Below, piece after piece: positions 14,432-28,913 of a DNA stretch of 64,000 bases (positions within the stretch are counted from its first letter, which is position 1; each line of letters starts with the position of its first letter). The notes beneath the pieces were generated by a model. It was not told the origin of the DNA, did no database searches, and saw only the letters and a program-made list of their open reading frames with translations. The DNA is from Eledone cirrhosa (Eukaryota): positions 51,522,001-51,586,000 of the forward strand of contig OZ024747.1 in the NCBI GenBank assembly GCA_964016885.1, read 5' to 3'. Made by a program: the position numbers and the translations under genes.

Positions 14432-15575
14432 TGTTATTGTTGTTGTTTTTATTGTTGTTATTATGATCGTTGATTCTTTTATTTACTGTTACAGCTGTTG
14501 GTGCTGCTGCTGTTGTTATTGCTTCATTTCTGTTTTTTTTGAGACATAAGTGTATCCAGGCATTTTTTTTTCAACAACTCAGCGTCCTACTTCGTCCTGA
14601 AATTGAATTCACGATCTTATAGACCTGGGCGAAATACCTTAACTACTATGCAACACTCCTTTACATGAGTCAGCTAATAAAAGACTTCATTTACCTGTCG
14701 TAGCAGCAACCAGCACCATAATCTCTGAAGTGTACTTAATACCGAATGACAGTAAAGTTAATACCAGATTTTGTTCTTAAATGATCATCTCACGGTCTAC
14801 TAAGAAAGTTAATGAATTAAAATTGACAAATACATTACATTTTTTCTAACATGACTTAAGGCCAAAAATTTCGAGGGTCGGAGAAAGTTAAGTAAATCGT
14901 TCCTGGTTATTGAATGGAAAAATGAAATGCAATGATAACCTCGACAGAATTTGAACTCTGAAAATAAAGAGTTGTAACTAAATGCCATGAAGAATCCTCC
15001 CTCACGTTCTAACGATTCTGTCAACCACTGCCCTAACATTTACATTAAATAACAAGAGAAAACAAATTAAAATGCAATAATGTTCATAACAGATTTTACG
15101 AACACCATAAATCAACAAATCTCTTCTATTAACGACAGAACTCACCATTAAATTCAAGAAATTATAATTAAGATAAAATAATTAAATTAAATGAATTAGT
15201 ATTAGAATGTAGATTACAGAAACTTAGAGATCAAATTACTATAAAAACCCGGGTCTTGGAACTGAGTAAAGTCACGTACCAACAACCATCTGGTGAGATG
15301 GAGATAATCGAAAAGAGCAGGAAGTATGGAGAACAGAACGCTCATTCGGTACGAAGCCAAACCACATCTTACCTCACCGGCCACATTGTGACAAACGGCT
15401 GGTTGACGTTGTTAAGCGGAAGCAGCCGAAAGAAGGTGAGAGATATAGTGCAACTTGTACTTTACTCACCTGAGGATCGATCACAATCTCACAACCTTAC
15501 GAATGTGAGTCAAATAACCAAACCACTAAAAGACGCGTATATATATATAGAGAGAGAGAGAGGGGAGAGAGAGAG

Positions 15576-15639
<64 letters not shown>

Positions 15640-15669
15640 ACTTTCATTATATCCACTGCTATTCCAACC

Positions 15670-16510
15670 ATCCAAGGAGTATTACCAATAATTTAGTTTA
15701 AAATATCTCCCACCTTGTATCAAGCTTGTCTGCAAATGAACACGTGCCACACTACAACCAGGCCCTCCAAAGAAGCGGCTTCAAGGGTGAACTTTCCTAT
15801 TGTCCAGGCCCAACTAGCGGATCTGATGGGCGACGTCACCGCTCACACCACGTAATGTGGTTCAATCCTCGCACAATGCTGAGGTCGTAACACCAATTGG
15901 GAAGATCTTCGTTAGACTACTTGACAAACACTTCCCATCCCAACACCGCTGTTCCAATATCACAAACAAAAACACTGTTAAACTTTCGTACAGCACTACT
16001 TTCAACTTTGCACTTAATATCACTTCCTCAAACAAGGTCAAACTCCTCTCTAACAGGAATAACAACGATATTAGTGGTGAGTAAACTAGGAGATGTAACT
16101 GTACGGATAGATCATCATGTTCCGTCAACAATAGAGGCCGAGAACAAAACGTGGTCTACCAGTGCAACATGAAGACGGAACATTCCAATAAGGCCTACAC
16201 CGAATTAACCGCCTGCCAGTTTAAGGCGCGGTATTACCAACACCAACATTCATTTAGAAACCCGGCTCGGCGACACGCGACAGCACTTTCTGACCATAAT
16301 TGGGACCTCCATGACAACATTCCCTATCATCTAAAATGTAGCCTACTTTCCAAGGCAAAATCTTCCTCGTGATACGCCATCCATGCAATTTATGCTCGCA
16401 GGAAACGATCTAGATGCTGTTTGCCAAGGATCAATTATAAAACAAAAAGGATGAACTTGTTATCTCGTGTAAACACAGAATATATAAGACATATCTTACC
16501 TTCAAACCCC
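15670..16510 (+). pseudogene. Decayed PLE C-terminal region (thumb, linker, GIY-YIG endonuclease)
   Basis: Frameshifted peptides WFNP..., LLDKHFPSQH, NKNTVKLSYS, CNCTDRSSC, VVYQCN..AYT...FKARYYQHQHSFRN..HATALSDH, CNLC and CKH. Confidence 0.85.
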
Positions 16511-17650
16511 TTACGATCCATGTGAGTAGATCTTGGTTTTAATATCTTTCCCACTTACACACTAAGATAGAGGAAGCCCAGGGCACACTTTTCCCCTTCC
16601 TAAGGCATCCTTAGGTAGAAATAGAATATTTTCATGATTGTAAACATATAGATATTGCCCTTTAGGACCAGCCTATTAGATAGTTACAATACATGCACAG
16701 ACCTATTATCCACATTTTACGCACGAGGCACAATTATAAATACCACCATTCCTGTACTGCAGCAATGGCAAGCCTGGTATATAGAGTAAATGTGTACTAT
16801 CGTATAGACATATATTAGGTCAGTACGTAAGCACCATCACAAAAAATATAGCGTTAGCAATGTTAAAGAAAGCTATTAGTTAGCATTCAATTTTGATTAC
16901 TTCCTTTTGCTAAGGTTTTGCGGTGGCTTTGATATACCTGTTATAAATACACTTTGAGGCATTTCTTATATAAAACAGTAACCCGTAATACTATAGATTC
17001 TTAGCTAACTTACTATAGCACGAGAACCGAAATAACTAGAACTATCTTTAAGATTAATGGTAGATTTGTTGGTGTTTGAAATAAGTAAATTAGTGAATCA
17101 AGGTGCTTTTCCTGGGTCATAGAGCAATTGATAACTAGAAATCTCTACGATAGGGGTACAGTAATAAATTATAAATGCTTAGCTTTTTAGCAAATCGTAA
17201 TTAAAAAGCAAATTAATAAACACATAAATGCACTACACTATTCCCCTTGACTTAAATACGCCGAAATTGAAATTTCTTTCTTTCTTTTCTTTCTTTTTTT
17301 TATTTTTTTATTAATCTGTAAAAATGCCATTTTTACAGATTAGAAATATTTGATAAAGTAGAATTCTCTCTTAATTTCGTGTGTGCTTGACTGACTAGCT
17401 TAATATCTTCGGGTCAATAGGTCTAGTCACCCATTTCCTCCTGCTTTTCATCCTGTTTAGCCCCTTTCCTTGCCACCATGAGTGTAATAAAGCTAGATTA
17501 TTCATGACATTTATCGAGATATACCAGAATTAAACCAGCCATTTGAACAAAGGCACCCTCACCCCGGTCACTGACCACTCCCGGAGGCAAAAAAAAAGAA
17601 CAATTTAAAGATTCTTTTTGCATAGACTGTCTGCCCATATATGGACTATA

Positions 17651-17747
17651 CCCCTCGAGGAGTTCAGCTAGATCCCAGCCGCTCAAATTCTGGCGCTTTA
17701 GTTCGGATCTAGGTGTCGAAACGGCCAGAGCTGAGCCGTCGGTGTCC
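17651..17747 (+). ncRNA. Divergent family B hammerhead-like motif
   Basis: acccc-TCGAGGA-g..ctagatcc...ggatctag..c-GAAA-cggc..gccg-TC^ggtgtc, preceded by ccatatatgga as in the 33143-33250 copy. Confidence 0.55.
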
Positions 17748-17956
17748 TGAACCTTTTAATATACTCACTCTACTACCCCAAGTATCGAGTACTCTGGTGG
17801 GTTATGTATGGCCTAGATGCTTTTTACCACACCCTATCTGATATATGTATATATATATATATATAATAGATATATATACGTGTGTGTGTGTGTCTATATT
17901 TATGGAACAAGCTGTTCAAACGGCAAGAGGTCAGTCGTCAGTTCCGACTCTATATA

Positions 17957-18475
<519 letters not shown>

Positions 18476-18605
18476 TATATATATATATATATATATTTAG
18501 CTCTGGTTTTTAACTATTGAGCACTTTGCCAGTATCATTTCTGATTTTTGCGTTTCGCTTCGCTTTTCCTGCCCGCCGAAATGCGATTCTCGCTGAATCT
18601 TTATT

Positions 18606-18649
<44 letters not shown>

Positions 18650-19169
18650 TGTGTGAGTGTGTGTGTGTGTGCGTAGATTAGCACACAAAGACACATACAC
18701 TTAAGTATATAAATATATAAAGGGAGGAATTGACATAAGTATGAGTGTTAGATAATGAGAGAGAAGAGATAAAGCGGTGGGAGAAGGGAGAGAGATGTTA
18801 TTGAGTACATTAAAAATTGACATACCCACATATCTCCCCCCCCCCCCCATATATATATATATATATATACATATATATCAACATATATATATATATCAAT
18901 ATATATATCAATATATATGTATTTAAAATTACTATCGACCTACATTTCGTTTCTAAATCTCAAATTTCAAGTCAGTTAAACAAGCTCCAATGTACTAATG
19001 TACTACATAATCTGTGTCATCTACAGTCTGTTTAGTGGTTACACGTGCCTGTGTGTTTATACATGAGTGTATATATATATGTGTATATATATATATATAT
19101 ATATGTGCGTTTGTGTGTGTGTGTGTATATATATCAGTGTATGACTGTGTGTGTATGTATATATACATA

Positions 19170-19212
<43 letters not shown>

Positions 19213-20665
19213 ATGACTGTGTGTGTATATATTAGAATAGTAGCCGTCAAAAATCACGGGACTTTTATTAGTAAAAGATATTAAATTTAATAAATCATTC
19301 AATGTAACAATCTATGTGACGATGCTTGAAACCTCAATTTTCCTTCAGCTTCTCCCTTTTGTCCATCCTGACATCCCCTTAATTGAATTACCACTCATTT
19401 AAATCAATTACACTTTTACATTTACAAATCTTCTTTAATCATCATCAATGTGTAAGTACTAAATTACAACGAGTTGGTTCTACTGATGTATTTAACTATC
19501 TATATTCAGACTGCTATTGGGAATTTTACATATCACTGGTGATCCGGTCCAAAAATAGGTACCATGGGAAAAAACACATTAATTAGTAGAGTACACGTGA
19601 AACAAGGTCGCATCTATAGTAATAAAAATTATAATTTAATAATCCCTTGATAACAACATACTGTCTAAAATACACCAGCCCGCGATTTTGTTTAACCTAC
19701 TTCTTAGATGACATTTAGCTTTGAAGAACATATTTCTAGATTTAATACAATAAACTTAATCCAGTAAATAAGAATTTTGTCATAGAAATTGAACTGGTCA
19801 GTGGAAGGCAGGTATTGAATGTGGAGGTGAGGTATAGGGGGGTTAATGAAAATCTTTAGTGGTGTGGTAAATAAATATATAGATAGACATCAGGTCCGAA
19901 TACAATGGAACCTAACTCCCACAATCAACGCCTCCATCCCTCCCGATCTCCCCATCTCTCACTATTATGACCAAATGGGAGCCCACGTGCTGGCTGCCCC
20001 ATGACCCAGTCGTAGAGAATAGAGAAGGAGGATGATGAGGGAGATGCGCTGGAAGAGCCATTCCAGCTCACGAGGGTAGCCAACTCTGGTTATCGCCGTA
20101 TTTCATTTTACTTTAACTTAAATCAATTGCCATAATTTGTTTCAGATTTTTTATCATCATTATCAAAGATATATCCTCTAAATTACGATGACCTTTGCTT
20201 ACCTATATCTCAATATCTGTCTAACAAAAAAAGTACCTGCTCCATACACACGTTTACCCTCAATTAGATACAACCTGATATAGTGTGTGAAAAGCGTGGG
20301 CCTTTTACTTACAGTTACAATTCCTTTTTGTCAACAAAGTGGTCTAGAATGACCTAAATCTATTGCTGAAGTACACAGCAAGATGCAGCAAATCAAACAC
20401 AATCCCTTCCGGTGGTGAGCCAAACTCCCGAATCACTAAGCCGTACAGCCTTTATATATAAATACACACTTTCACAAAGGCACATATCTATGTCTATAAA
20501 TATACATATATTTTCATAACATTTAATACATCGTAATTTAATCCGAAGTGATGTACCCCTTCGTGTATGTTGGAGATATATTGATACATTAATCGACTCC
20601 TTCGGTGTCAGTCCAGAAAAATCGAACTCCGTATCTTTGATACTTCGAAGCGACGGCGGACAACT

Positions 20666-20704
20666 TCTTTTTTCCGTTTCGGACGCTAGTCTTTCATCAG
20701 AAGA
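20666..20704 (-). ncRNA. Degenerate minimal HHR (family shared with 62189-62220)
   Basis: tctt-CTGATGA-a-agac tagc gtcc-GAAA-cg-ga; the UH site is mutated. Confidence 0.55.
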
Positions 20705-20777
20705 AAGAATGAAAAATAAGATAGATTGAGGGGACGGATGGGTTGGAATTGGAAAAATGTCGAGTCCATTACACACG

Positions 20778-20840
<63 letters not shown>

Positions 20841-20842
<2 letters not shown>

Positions 20843-21031
20843 CGAAGGAAATGTGGTAAGGAACCAGGTGGACCATAACGCACCAAAGTACTCAATACTT
20901 AGGGTAGTAGAGTAGGTAATAGGAACAAGTAAGACCCCGACGGCTGAGCTCAAGCCGTTTCGACGGCTAATTCTGGACTGAATTAGCCGTCGAAACGGCT
21001 TGAGCTCAGCCGTCGGGGTCTTACTTGTTCC

Positions 21032-21033
<2 letters not shown>
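20841..21033. mobile_element. Family B fold-back insertion in (TA)n
   Basis: Tail, arm, centre ctggactg, then an inverted arm ending gttcctat-(TA)n. Confidence 0.85.
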
Positions 21034-21065
<32 letters not shown>

Positions 21066-21097
21066 TATACACTTCAAGCAAAGTAGTACTTGGGCCG

Positions 21098-21135
<38 letters not shown>

Positions 21136-21138
21136 TTA

Positions 21139-23110
21139 AGAGTTAAACAATTTAGGAAAAATATAGGTCACCAATTCCTTAGAACTTTAAAAGAAAAAAT
21201 CACGGAAATAAAAAAAGTTAATAAAATATTGGTAAAATCGGACAAAACAAACAATTTATATGGGATAAATAAAAAAGAATATAATAACTTGATTTTAAAG
21301 GAACTTAGGAAAAATTATAAAAATGCCCCGGCTGAAGATCTTACAGATATCAATAATGATGCATATAAATTAATTGCCAAATTAGGAATTGAAGGAAGAA
21401 CAGAGCCCCTTATACCTAGACAGCCGCGGATCAATTTTAAAGATCACAAAAGAAACTTCGAAGAAGACCTGCCAGTTAGACTGATTGTTCCATCCAAATC
21501 GGATATTGGAGTAATTAGTAAAAATATTATTGATAGAATTCTGCCTGCTCTGAAATTGAGGTCTAAATTGAGCTTGTGGAAGGATACAAACGAAGTCATT
21601 GAATGGTATAAGAATATAGATGATAAGAAAAACCGTAAATTCATCCAGATGGACATAACAAGCTATTACTCTTCCATAACGCCCAACCTACTAAATAAGG
21701 CTTTATCATACGCTTACAAACATACTGATCTAACTACGGATGAAATTGATATCATATTAGAAGAACTCTTATTAACTTCGACAATGAGTATTGGACCCGC
21801 TTAGATAGAAATAGAAACTTCGACATTACCATGGGGTCATCTGATTCAGCGCAGATCTTCTGGGGATTTTCATCTTAAATATGATAAATAGAAAACTGCC
21901 GGAGATTACCGGTGGTTTATATAGGGACGATATTTTATTAACGGTAGTTAAACACAACAATAAATAGAGTAAAGAAAAATATAATTGAATTCTTTAAAAT
22001 TTATGACCTTAAACTAGAAGTAGAAAGTGTTACCAAAATAGTTAATTTCCTTGATGTTACCTTTAACTTAAACTCTGGTTTTTATTACCCTTTCCATAAG
22101 CCTAATGAAAACTTAAATTACGTTAGTTATTACTCCAATCACCCTAAGTCAGTGAAAAATACAATTGTAAATAGCGTGCAAAAACGCATTAATAGAATAT
22201 CTGCAAATAAAACAATATTTGATGAAAATGCAGGATATTAAAATGATGCGCTAAAAAAGGCAGGTTATAAAAATAATATAGAATATATAGACTATAATAA
22301 TCCAAGCTCTAATCCTGATAAAAATAATGGCATATATAAACGAAATTCTGTAAATTCTATTGATTATAATTCAAACACCTGTACTGTGAATAAATCGGGG
22401 AAAAGAAACAGAACTAAATCAGTTATATGGTTTGCCCCACACTGCTTCTGTAGCAGTAAGAACACCAATAGCTAATCTATTTTTTAAAGCTTTGGATAGT
22501 TCATTCCCTAGTCAACATAAATATCATTCCATTTTGAATAAACACACTATTAAATTATCTTATTCTACAACTATGAACATGGCCCGAAACACCGCTAAAA
22601 TAAACAGTAAAATTCTAAATCAAAATCAACATAATGATATTAATAATAGTGTTAATATAAATAATAATAAATCAAAATGTAATTGTAGAAATAAATCAGA
22701 TTGCCCTCTGCAAAATAATTGTTTGGATTGAAATTTGGTGTATAAATGCACAGTAAAAACAAATAACAACACATACAACTACACAGGAGCAACTTCTTCA
22801 ACATTTAAAGCAAGATTTCCGAATCACAAATGCTCATTCTCGAATTCTAATAGGAAGTCGATCACAGCTTATATGGTCATTAAAGGAGAAAAATTTTAAA
22901 TACTCGATCTTTTGGACGAAGCTTTGTAATAGTGGAGTTTATATAAACTCTAAAATATAATATCAATTAACTGCAGCCTCTGTACAAAGGAGACCCTATT
23001 AATAATTAATAATTATGAAAACTTTAACAAAAAAAGTGAATTATTCTCAAACTGCCTTCATAAAGCTTTGTCTACATTCCAAGCTTCGCAAAAAGTCAGG
23101 AAAAAACAGT
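21139..23110 (+). pseudogene. Penelope-like (Naiad-type) RT plus GIY-YIG polyprotein, frameshifted and 5'-truncated
   Basis: KSDKTNN, KDHKRNF..PVRLIVPSKSDIG, FIQMDITSYYSSI, FDITMGSSDSAQ, GGLYRDD (YRDD at 21920-21931), VNFLDVTFNL, SNHPKS, CNCRNKSDCPL, VYKCTV..YTG..FKARF.NH, CSLC and CLH. Confidence 0.92.
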
Positions 23111-24600
23111 AAGCAATCAAGCCTGATTTTCGACGTCTATCATCAACTGTTGAACATATAAGTCATAACGGTTTATAAAACTTTAATAACGCTTTATCTT
23201 CTAATCATTTATAATAGAATTAATGTTTGAATGAATGACACTTGTTTGATAACTTGTTTACTTGATGGATATGCATACCATATGTTTGTTTTTTTTTTGA
23301 TATTTTTAACTTTGATTCAGATGTTTATTTTTCTGTCTCTGTTTTAAATATATAGTTTAGATATCTAACTTGTAAATTTACTGATTATAATTTGAACTGT
23401 GGATCATTCATGCGTTTGCATATTTTATATATATATATATATTTTACTCATTTTGAGATGGTTTGGGGGGACTCAGAAAGTTGGATTTGCACTTTGTGTT
23501 TTTTTATGTATATTTAACAAACCATAATAGCTGACTAATATTGGTCTATTTCTCCACTGAACTGGAGGTAAAACTACTAACAATGATTATAATTATTATC
23601 CTTTATTAAATGTATACCGTTTCATTAATACCTATTATATCTATATATAGTTTGTAGAAATATCTTTATCTAGTGTAATAACATAATCGTAGTTACATTT
23701 ATAAATAATTTAAACACTCAAATGACATTATTATAAGTGTTTGGTTTTCCCTGGAAGGTAGAACTTATATAATCATTTACTTAATACAATATATGAACAA
23801 ATAATAAACCTAATATTGTTATATTATGATCAATACATATATATAGCTGAAAATTCTGACTTCTTTAAGTTTAATTATAATACCTGTTGATACTTTAGAC
23901 ACTCAAACTATTTAACAATACATTCTTTAATAGTTATAACTATAAATATCTTATAAATTATATTATAGAAACTGTTGTCAATATTATAAGTAATTTTGGT
24001 AAAGTTTACCTTCGTGGGGATATCGAACATTATATGTATATTTTCTTTCTTTCGCGGGTTTCGTAAATCCTTTAAATTTGTCTTCATAAAATTTGAATTT
24101 TAGAAATTTAACATAATTATATTATAATATTAATACAAATACCTAATAACTTTTAAAACCTAAAATTTGATTCTTTACCGTGAAATAACATAAATTAAAT
24201 GTTTTGAAAATTAACCGCCAACTATGCTATATATGAATCTCTGTGTGTGTAGAAACTTGAGCATAAATTACTCCCCTTTGTCTCTCTCTCTCTTTAATTC
24301 ATCTTTCATCTGTCTTCTCAAGCTAAATACTAAATAAGTTATAACATCAGCTACTTCTTCCTCTATGCTTTCCTCTCCCTACTATTTCTCTAGTAGTTTT
24401 TAAATATTAAAAATGCTATAACTGTTATATTGATGCCATGTATTTCTTAAAATATATTACTCACACTCTCTCTATTGATTGTATTATGTTTTCTCATGTT
24501 CTCAATATTAGAGTATAAATATTGAGTCTTGTCATAAGTTAATCACTACCTTGATTAAATCTTAACCATCTACCATGTCAGGGTATGTCATGTATCATTT

Positions 24601-24667
24601 TATTTTATCTGATGAGGACGTACTGTTGAACTTAATTCAGTACCTCTGAAATATGTATAATAAAATA
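24601..24667 (+). ncRNA. Minimal type I hammerhead ribozyme (family A-related), intact
   Basis: tattttat-CTGATGA-gga c gtactg..cagtac c tct-GAAA-tatgta-TA^ataaaata, with a perfect 8-bp stem I. Confidence 0.88.
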
Positions 24668-24693
24668 TAATTGATCACACGAATATCTATTTT

Positions 24694-24744
<51 letters not shown>

Positions 24745-25981
24745 GCACTCTTTGCAAATTAGAGAGACTATTTCATGAATATTATAAATTCTGTATTATA
24801 CATAGTGCGTTGCTGTGATATTATTTCTTCGAACACAGAATCATATGATTAGCAAGCTTCTAATGAGGCGACAGAAATCTCAGAAATGCTGCATGAGGCT
24901 GAGCTATTGTGTCTCTCGGTCTGCAGAAGAATAGTTGAATGTGTTTGCACTTCACATTTCATTCTTTTCACAGCAAAGACTTCTAATTTAAAGCCTTTTT
25001 TTATATCTACAGTACATAAATACGGTACAATTATAAGATGTATCTTATCATAAATATTACAAATAGATATATACATACGCATACACACATTCACACCCAT
25101 ACGCACATATACACACAGGCACATATATATGTGTATGTGTGTGTGTGTGTGTGTATATATGTAGCCGTCACACACACAGATCTCTCACGTATACTTGTTC
25201 ACAGATAGTAGCATATATAGAGATGAGAGATATATATCCAATCAACACCACATGTATGGAAAGACAGTGAGTTCACAAATCGACAATGCTCTAAGTAACC
25301 TTTTAACATCGATGTTAATTCGAAGACATCTTGACCTTTGAGGTCAATCATTCGTTGACCTATACTTCCGTCACTGGCAAAACAAAAGCTAGACAAACGT
25401 CGGGGGGAAATAAATTAATGAATGAACTAGTGTCTTACGGATCGTAATTTACTATCCTTGTAATGCCCCCCGCCATCCCCCCACCATCACCAGCGCCGCC
25501 ATTACTGTTGTCTCCGTCAAACTGTCCCTTTCCCCACCAACTCTCACTCATCGTTGTCTACGCCAGAGAGGACGTCTTTATCTCTCATCTCTATATTATG
25601 ACGAGAACCACCACCACCACCACCACCACCACCACCACCACCACCTTCATCTAAACAACTCCACTGTTATTTGGTCTCTTGTTCACCTAAACACCACCAC
25701 CTCCCTTTACACCTCCTCTCACTACATCTGTCCTCTCACTATACCTCCCACTCTCACTATATCTTAAAGATGGCAGCGGGGGAAATCACTCAGTCATTCT
25801 ACCAATGGATTATAACATAAATCTACAAAAAATCAGTGCTGTAGCTACTCTTGTTATTGTTGTTGTAATTGATGATTTTATAGGTATTTTGTTTTTATTG
25901 AAGGTGATAGTGTATGTGTTGTTATAGTTGCTGTTGTTGTAGTATATTGATATGTTTTGTGGTTATTTTCGTTGTGGTAGT

Positions 25982-26273
25982 CAGGGCCGGATTTAATGAG
26001 GTGGGGGTGGGGGGGAGAAAATGCTACGGGCCCCTGTTGTTGTAGGGAGTCCCACCAGCGACGGCCGTAGTATTATATTTGTGCCTTCAGCTGGGCTTTT
26101 TAGTTTTAGGACGGTTAGAATTTTTAAATTTAATACTTGTATGTTTAACTTTTCAATTGCAATTACTTTGAGATGTAAAATTGGGGGTTTACTGAATATT
26201 CTATTTTTTGTGTATAAGGGGCTCCCAAAAAACTGAAGTGCCCAGGGCTCCCTCAAGTCTAAATAAGGCCCTA
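25982..26273 (+). mobile_element. hAT-like MITE
   Basis: TIR cagggccggattta ... taaataaggcccta; imperfect 8-bp TSD gtggtagt/ttggtact; homologous to the copies at 35069, 52474 and 53682. Confidence 0.75.
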
Positions 26274-26474
26274 TTGGTACTAATATGGTTGTTTTAGGAA
26301 TGCACGTGATATTGATATGTGCTGTGGTTGTTTTTGTTGATGATAGTAGTGAGGTTGTTGTAGGCACGCGTGTGGCGTGGTGATTAAGATCGTAAGGTTG
26401 TAAGTTCGACTTACGTTGATCCAGTACTCTCCGCTGGCAGAAATGAGTTGTACCATCTCCATGCAGGAATTAGC

Positions 26475-26800
26475 GTGACTTAGTTGTTACGGGTGTTTGG
26501 CAGACGATCGTAAGGTCGTGGTTTCAATTGTTCGTCGTAGCGCCTGGTACTCTTGTGTATGATACTTTATTTCACGTTCTTCCTGTCCAATCAGACTGAA
26601 AAAAATAAACCCTACCTGTAATTCAAATGGCCTGACATGTCATACGCTGTATCATACTGGATCTTTCTTAGAACTACAATAATGGTGCCCGCCTGTTGTT
26701 AAATGCTTACACCCTTGTACGTTAGTTTCAAGAACCATCTGTTCCGTTTGTCTAACATATGTATCAGTCATCGTAAATACCAACGGAGGTCCAACATACA
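26475..26800 (+). mobile_element. tRNA-derived SINE family 2 (old copy)
   Basis: cgatcgtaaggtcgtggtttcaatt...actttatttcacgtt...ctgttccgtt; similar to the reverse complement of 53172-53487. Confidence 0.6.
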
Positions 26801-26909
26801 CTCCATAACATGGAGATTAAACAACTGTAGGAGTTAAGTAATGTCACGGAGGGAGCGACTTCTAGTACAGCAACTACTGTTTTACTGTTATTGTTGTTGA
26901 AGTTGTTGA

Positions 26910-27008
26910 TAAGGATGAGAATGATGAGAATGATGATGGTGATTGTGGTTACGAAGATGATGATGACAAGATGAAAATCGTGATGACGATGTTGATATAA
27001 ACTATAAC

Positions 27009-27057
<49 letters not shown>

Positions 27058-27072
27058 TCCAATATGATGGTA

Positions 27073-27112
<40 letters not shown>

Positions 27113-27330
27113 CGATGAAGACGATGATGACAATGATGATGATGAAAAACGATGATGACAATGATGGTGATGGTGGATGATGATGATGATGTTGATAATG
27201 ATGATGATGATGAGGATGATGAGGATAAATATGATGATCATGAACATAATGATGGTGGTGATGACAATGATACTGCTGCTGCTGCTGCTGATACTGATGT
27301 TGATGCTGCTGATACTGCTGCTATTGTAAC
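26910..27330. repeat. (GAT)n/(GCT)n trinucleotide microsatellite block
   Basis: Direct inspection. Confidence 0.95.
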
Positions 27331-27464
27331 TGATTCTCTCAGTTCTTTTATAAATGTTCCTTCTGCTGACACTTAAATTGCTATTGTAATTAATTTTATT
27401 TTTATCATTGCAGCTGTAGTTTTTCTTGATTTTCTTTCACTGAATTTATCTTCATTTCATTTTA

Positions 27465-27942
27465 TTTTATTTTATTTCTATTATATATTATTTAATTTTA
27501 TTTCTATTATATTTTGTTATATTTTATTTCTATTATATTTTGTTATATTTTATTTATATTATATTTTGTTATATTTTATTTCTATTATATTTTGTTATAT
27601 TTTATTTCTATTATATTTTGTTATATTTTATTTCTATTATATTTTGTTATATTTTATTTCTATTATATTTTGTTATATTTTATTTCTATTATATTTTGTT
27701 ATATTTTATTTATATTATATTTTGTTATATTTTATTTCTATTATATTTTGTTATATTTTATTTCTATTATATATTATTTTATTTTATTTCTATTATATTT
27801 TGTTATATTTTATTTCTATTATAATTTGTTATATTTTATTTCTATTATATTTTGTTATATTTTATTTCTATTATATATTATTTTATTTTATTTCTATTAT
27901 ATTTTGTTATATTTTATTTCTATTATAATTTGTTATATTTTT
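27465..27942. repeat. 26-bp AT-rich minisatellite
   Basis: Unit tattttatttctattatattttgtta, about 18 copies. Confidence 0.95.
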
Positions 27943-28497
27943 GCTGACGTTGTTAATTTTATTGTTGCTTTAGTTTCTTGTATATTTTTTCCATCCTTTG
28001 AATAGTTTTCTGTGTCTTCGTCACAGGCACCGCCGCCGTAGTCGTAGTCGTAGTCGTTGTTATTGTTGATGTTGTTGTTGCTGTTGTCATAATGCCATTT
28101 ACTGTTTAAATTTCGTGAAGAATATCTAATTTAAAAGAATCAAAATTAAGTAAACAAATATTTTGATAACCCCCCCTCTCTCTCCTACGCATACTCTTCA
28201 TTCGCCCCCCCCCCCCCTCCTCCTCCTCCTCCCCCCCTCCTCCTCCAGGTTTCTCTCCTGCCTTTCCAACTTCTATCCTCCTCTTACCCCTTCTCTTCCT
28301 TCTACCTGGTCGCCTCTGAATATTTCAGTTCAAATATCTAATTTTGCAGCCAGGTTGGGAAAGGAAGAAAGGAGAAGGTGAGGCACAGATATTAGAGAAT
28401 GTAGGAGCAGGGGTAAAGGGCCAACTAAACAGAAGGAAGACGACCATGATACATATGTGTAAATATATATATGTGTGTGTGTGTGTATATATGTGTA

Positions 28498-28558
<61 letters not shown>

Positions 28559-28631
28559 GTATATACACGCACACACATTATCCTCATAGTCATCATCGTT
28601 TAACTTATATTTTCCACACACTAGCATGGGT

Positions 28632-28662
<31 letters not shown>

Positions 28663-28670
28663 TATATATA

Positions 28671-28739
<69 letters not shown>

Positions 28740-28852
28740 GTATATATATATATATGTATATGTATATATATATATACTTTAATCTGTTATTTTAATACAT
28801 ATACATATATATATATACATATGTATCAATATATATATATATATATATATAC

Positions 28853-28913
<61 letters not shown>

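Larger units (their letters stand above)
15640..17843 (+). mobile_element. 5'-truncated Penelope-like element probably ending in a divergent family B terminus
   Basis: Coding relic, then about 1.1 kb non-coding, then a B-type HHR (17651-17747) with tail running into (TA)n. Continuity of the intervening UTR is inferred. Confidence 0.55.
21139..24697 (+). mobile_element. Penelope-like element with ~1.5-kb AT-rich 3' region ending in an HHR, inserted in (TA)n
   Basis: (TA)n at both ends; coding relic followed by an AT-rich tract and the HHR at 24601-24667. Confidence 0.75.

Noticed and set aside
22729-22731. In-frame TGA in the Naiad-type ORF as possible selenocysteine
   Set aside because: It aligns with Gln (EQNVVY) in the 16140 paralog rather than a Cys. 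The copy has other stops and frameshifts, and no SECIS was identified by eye.
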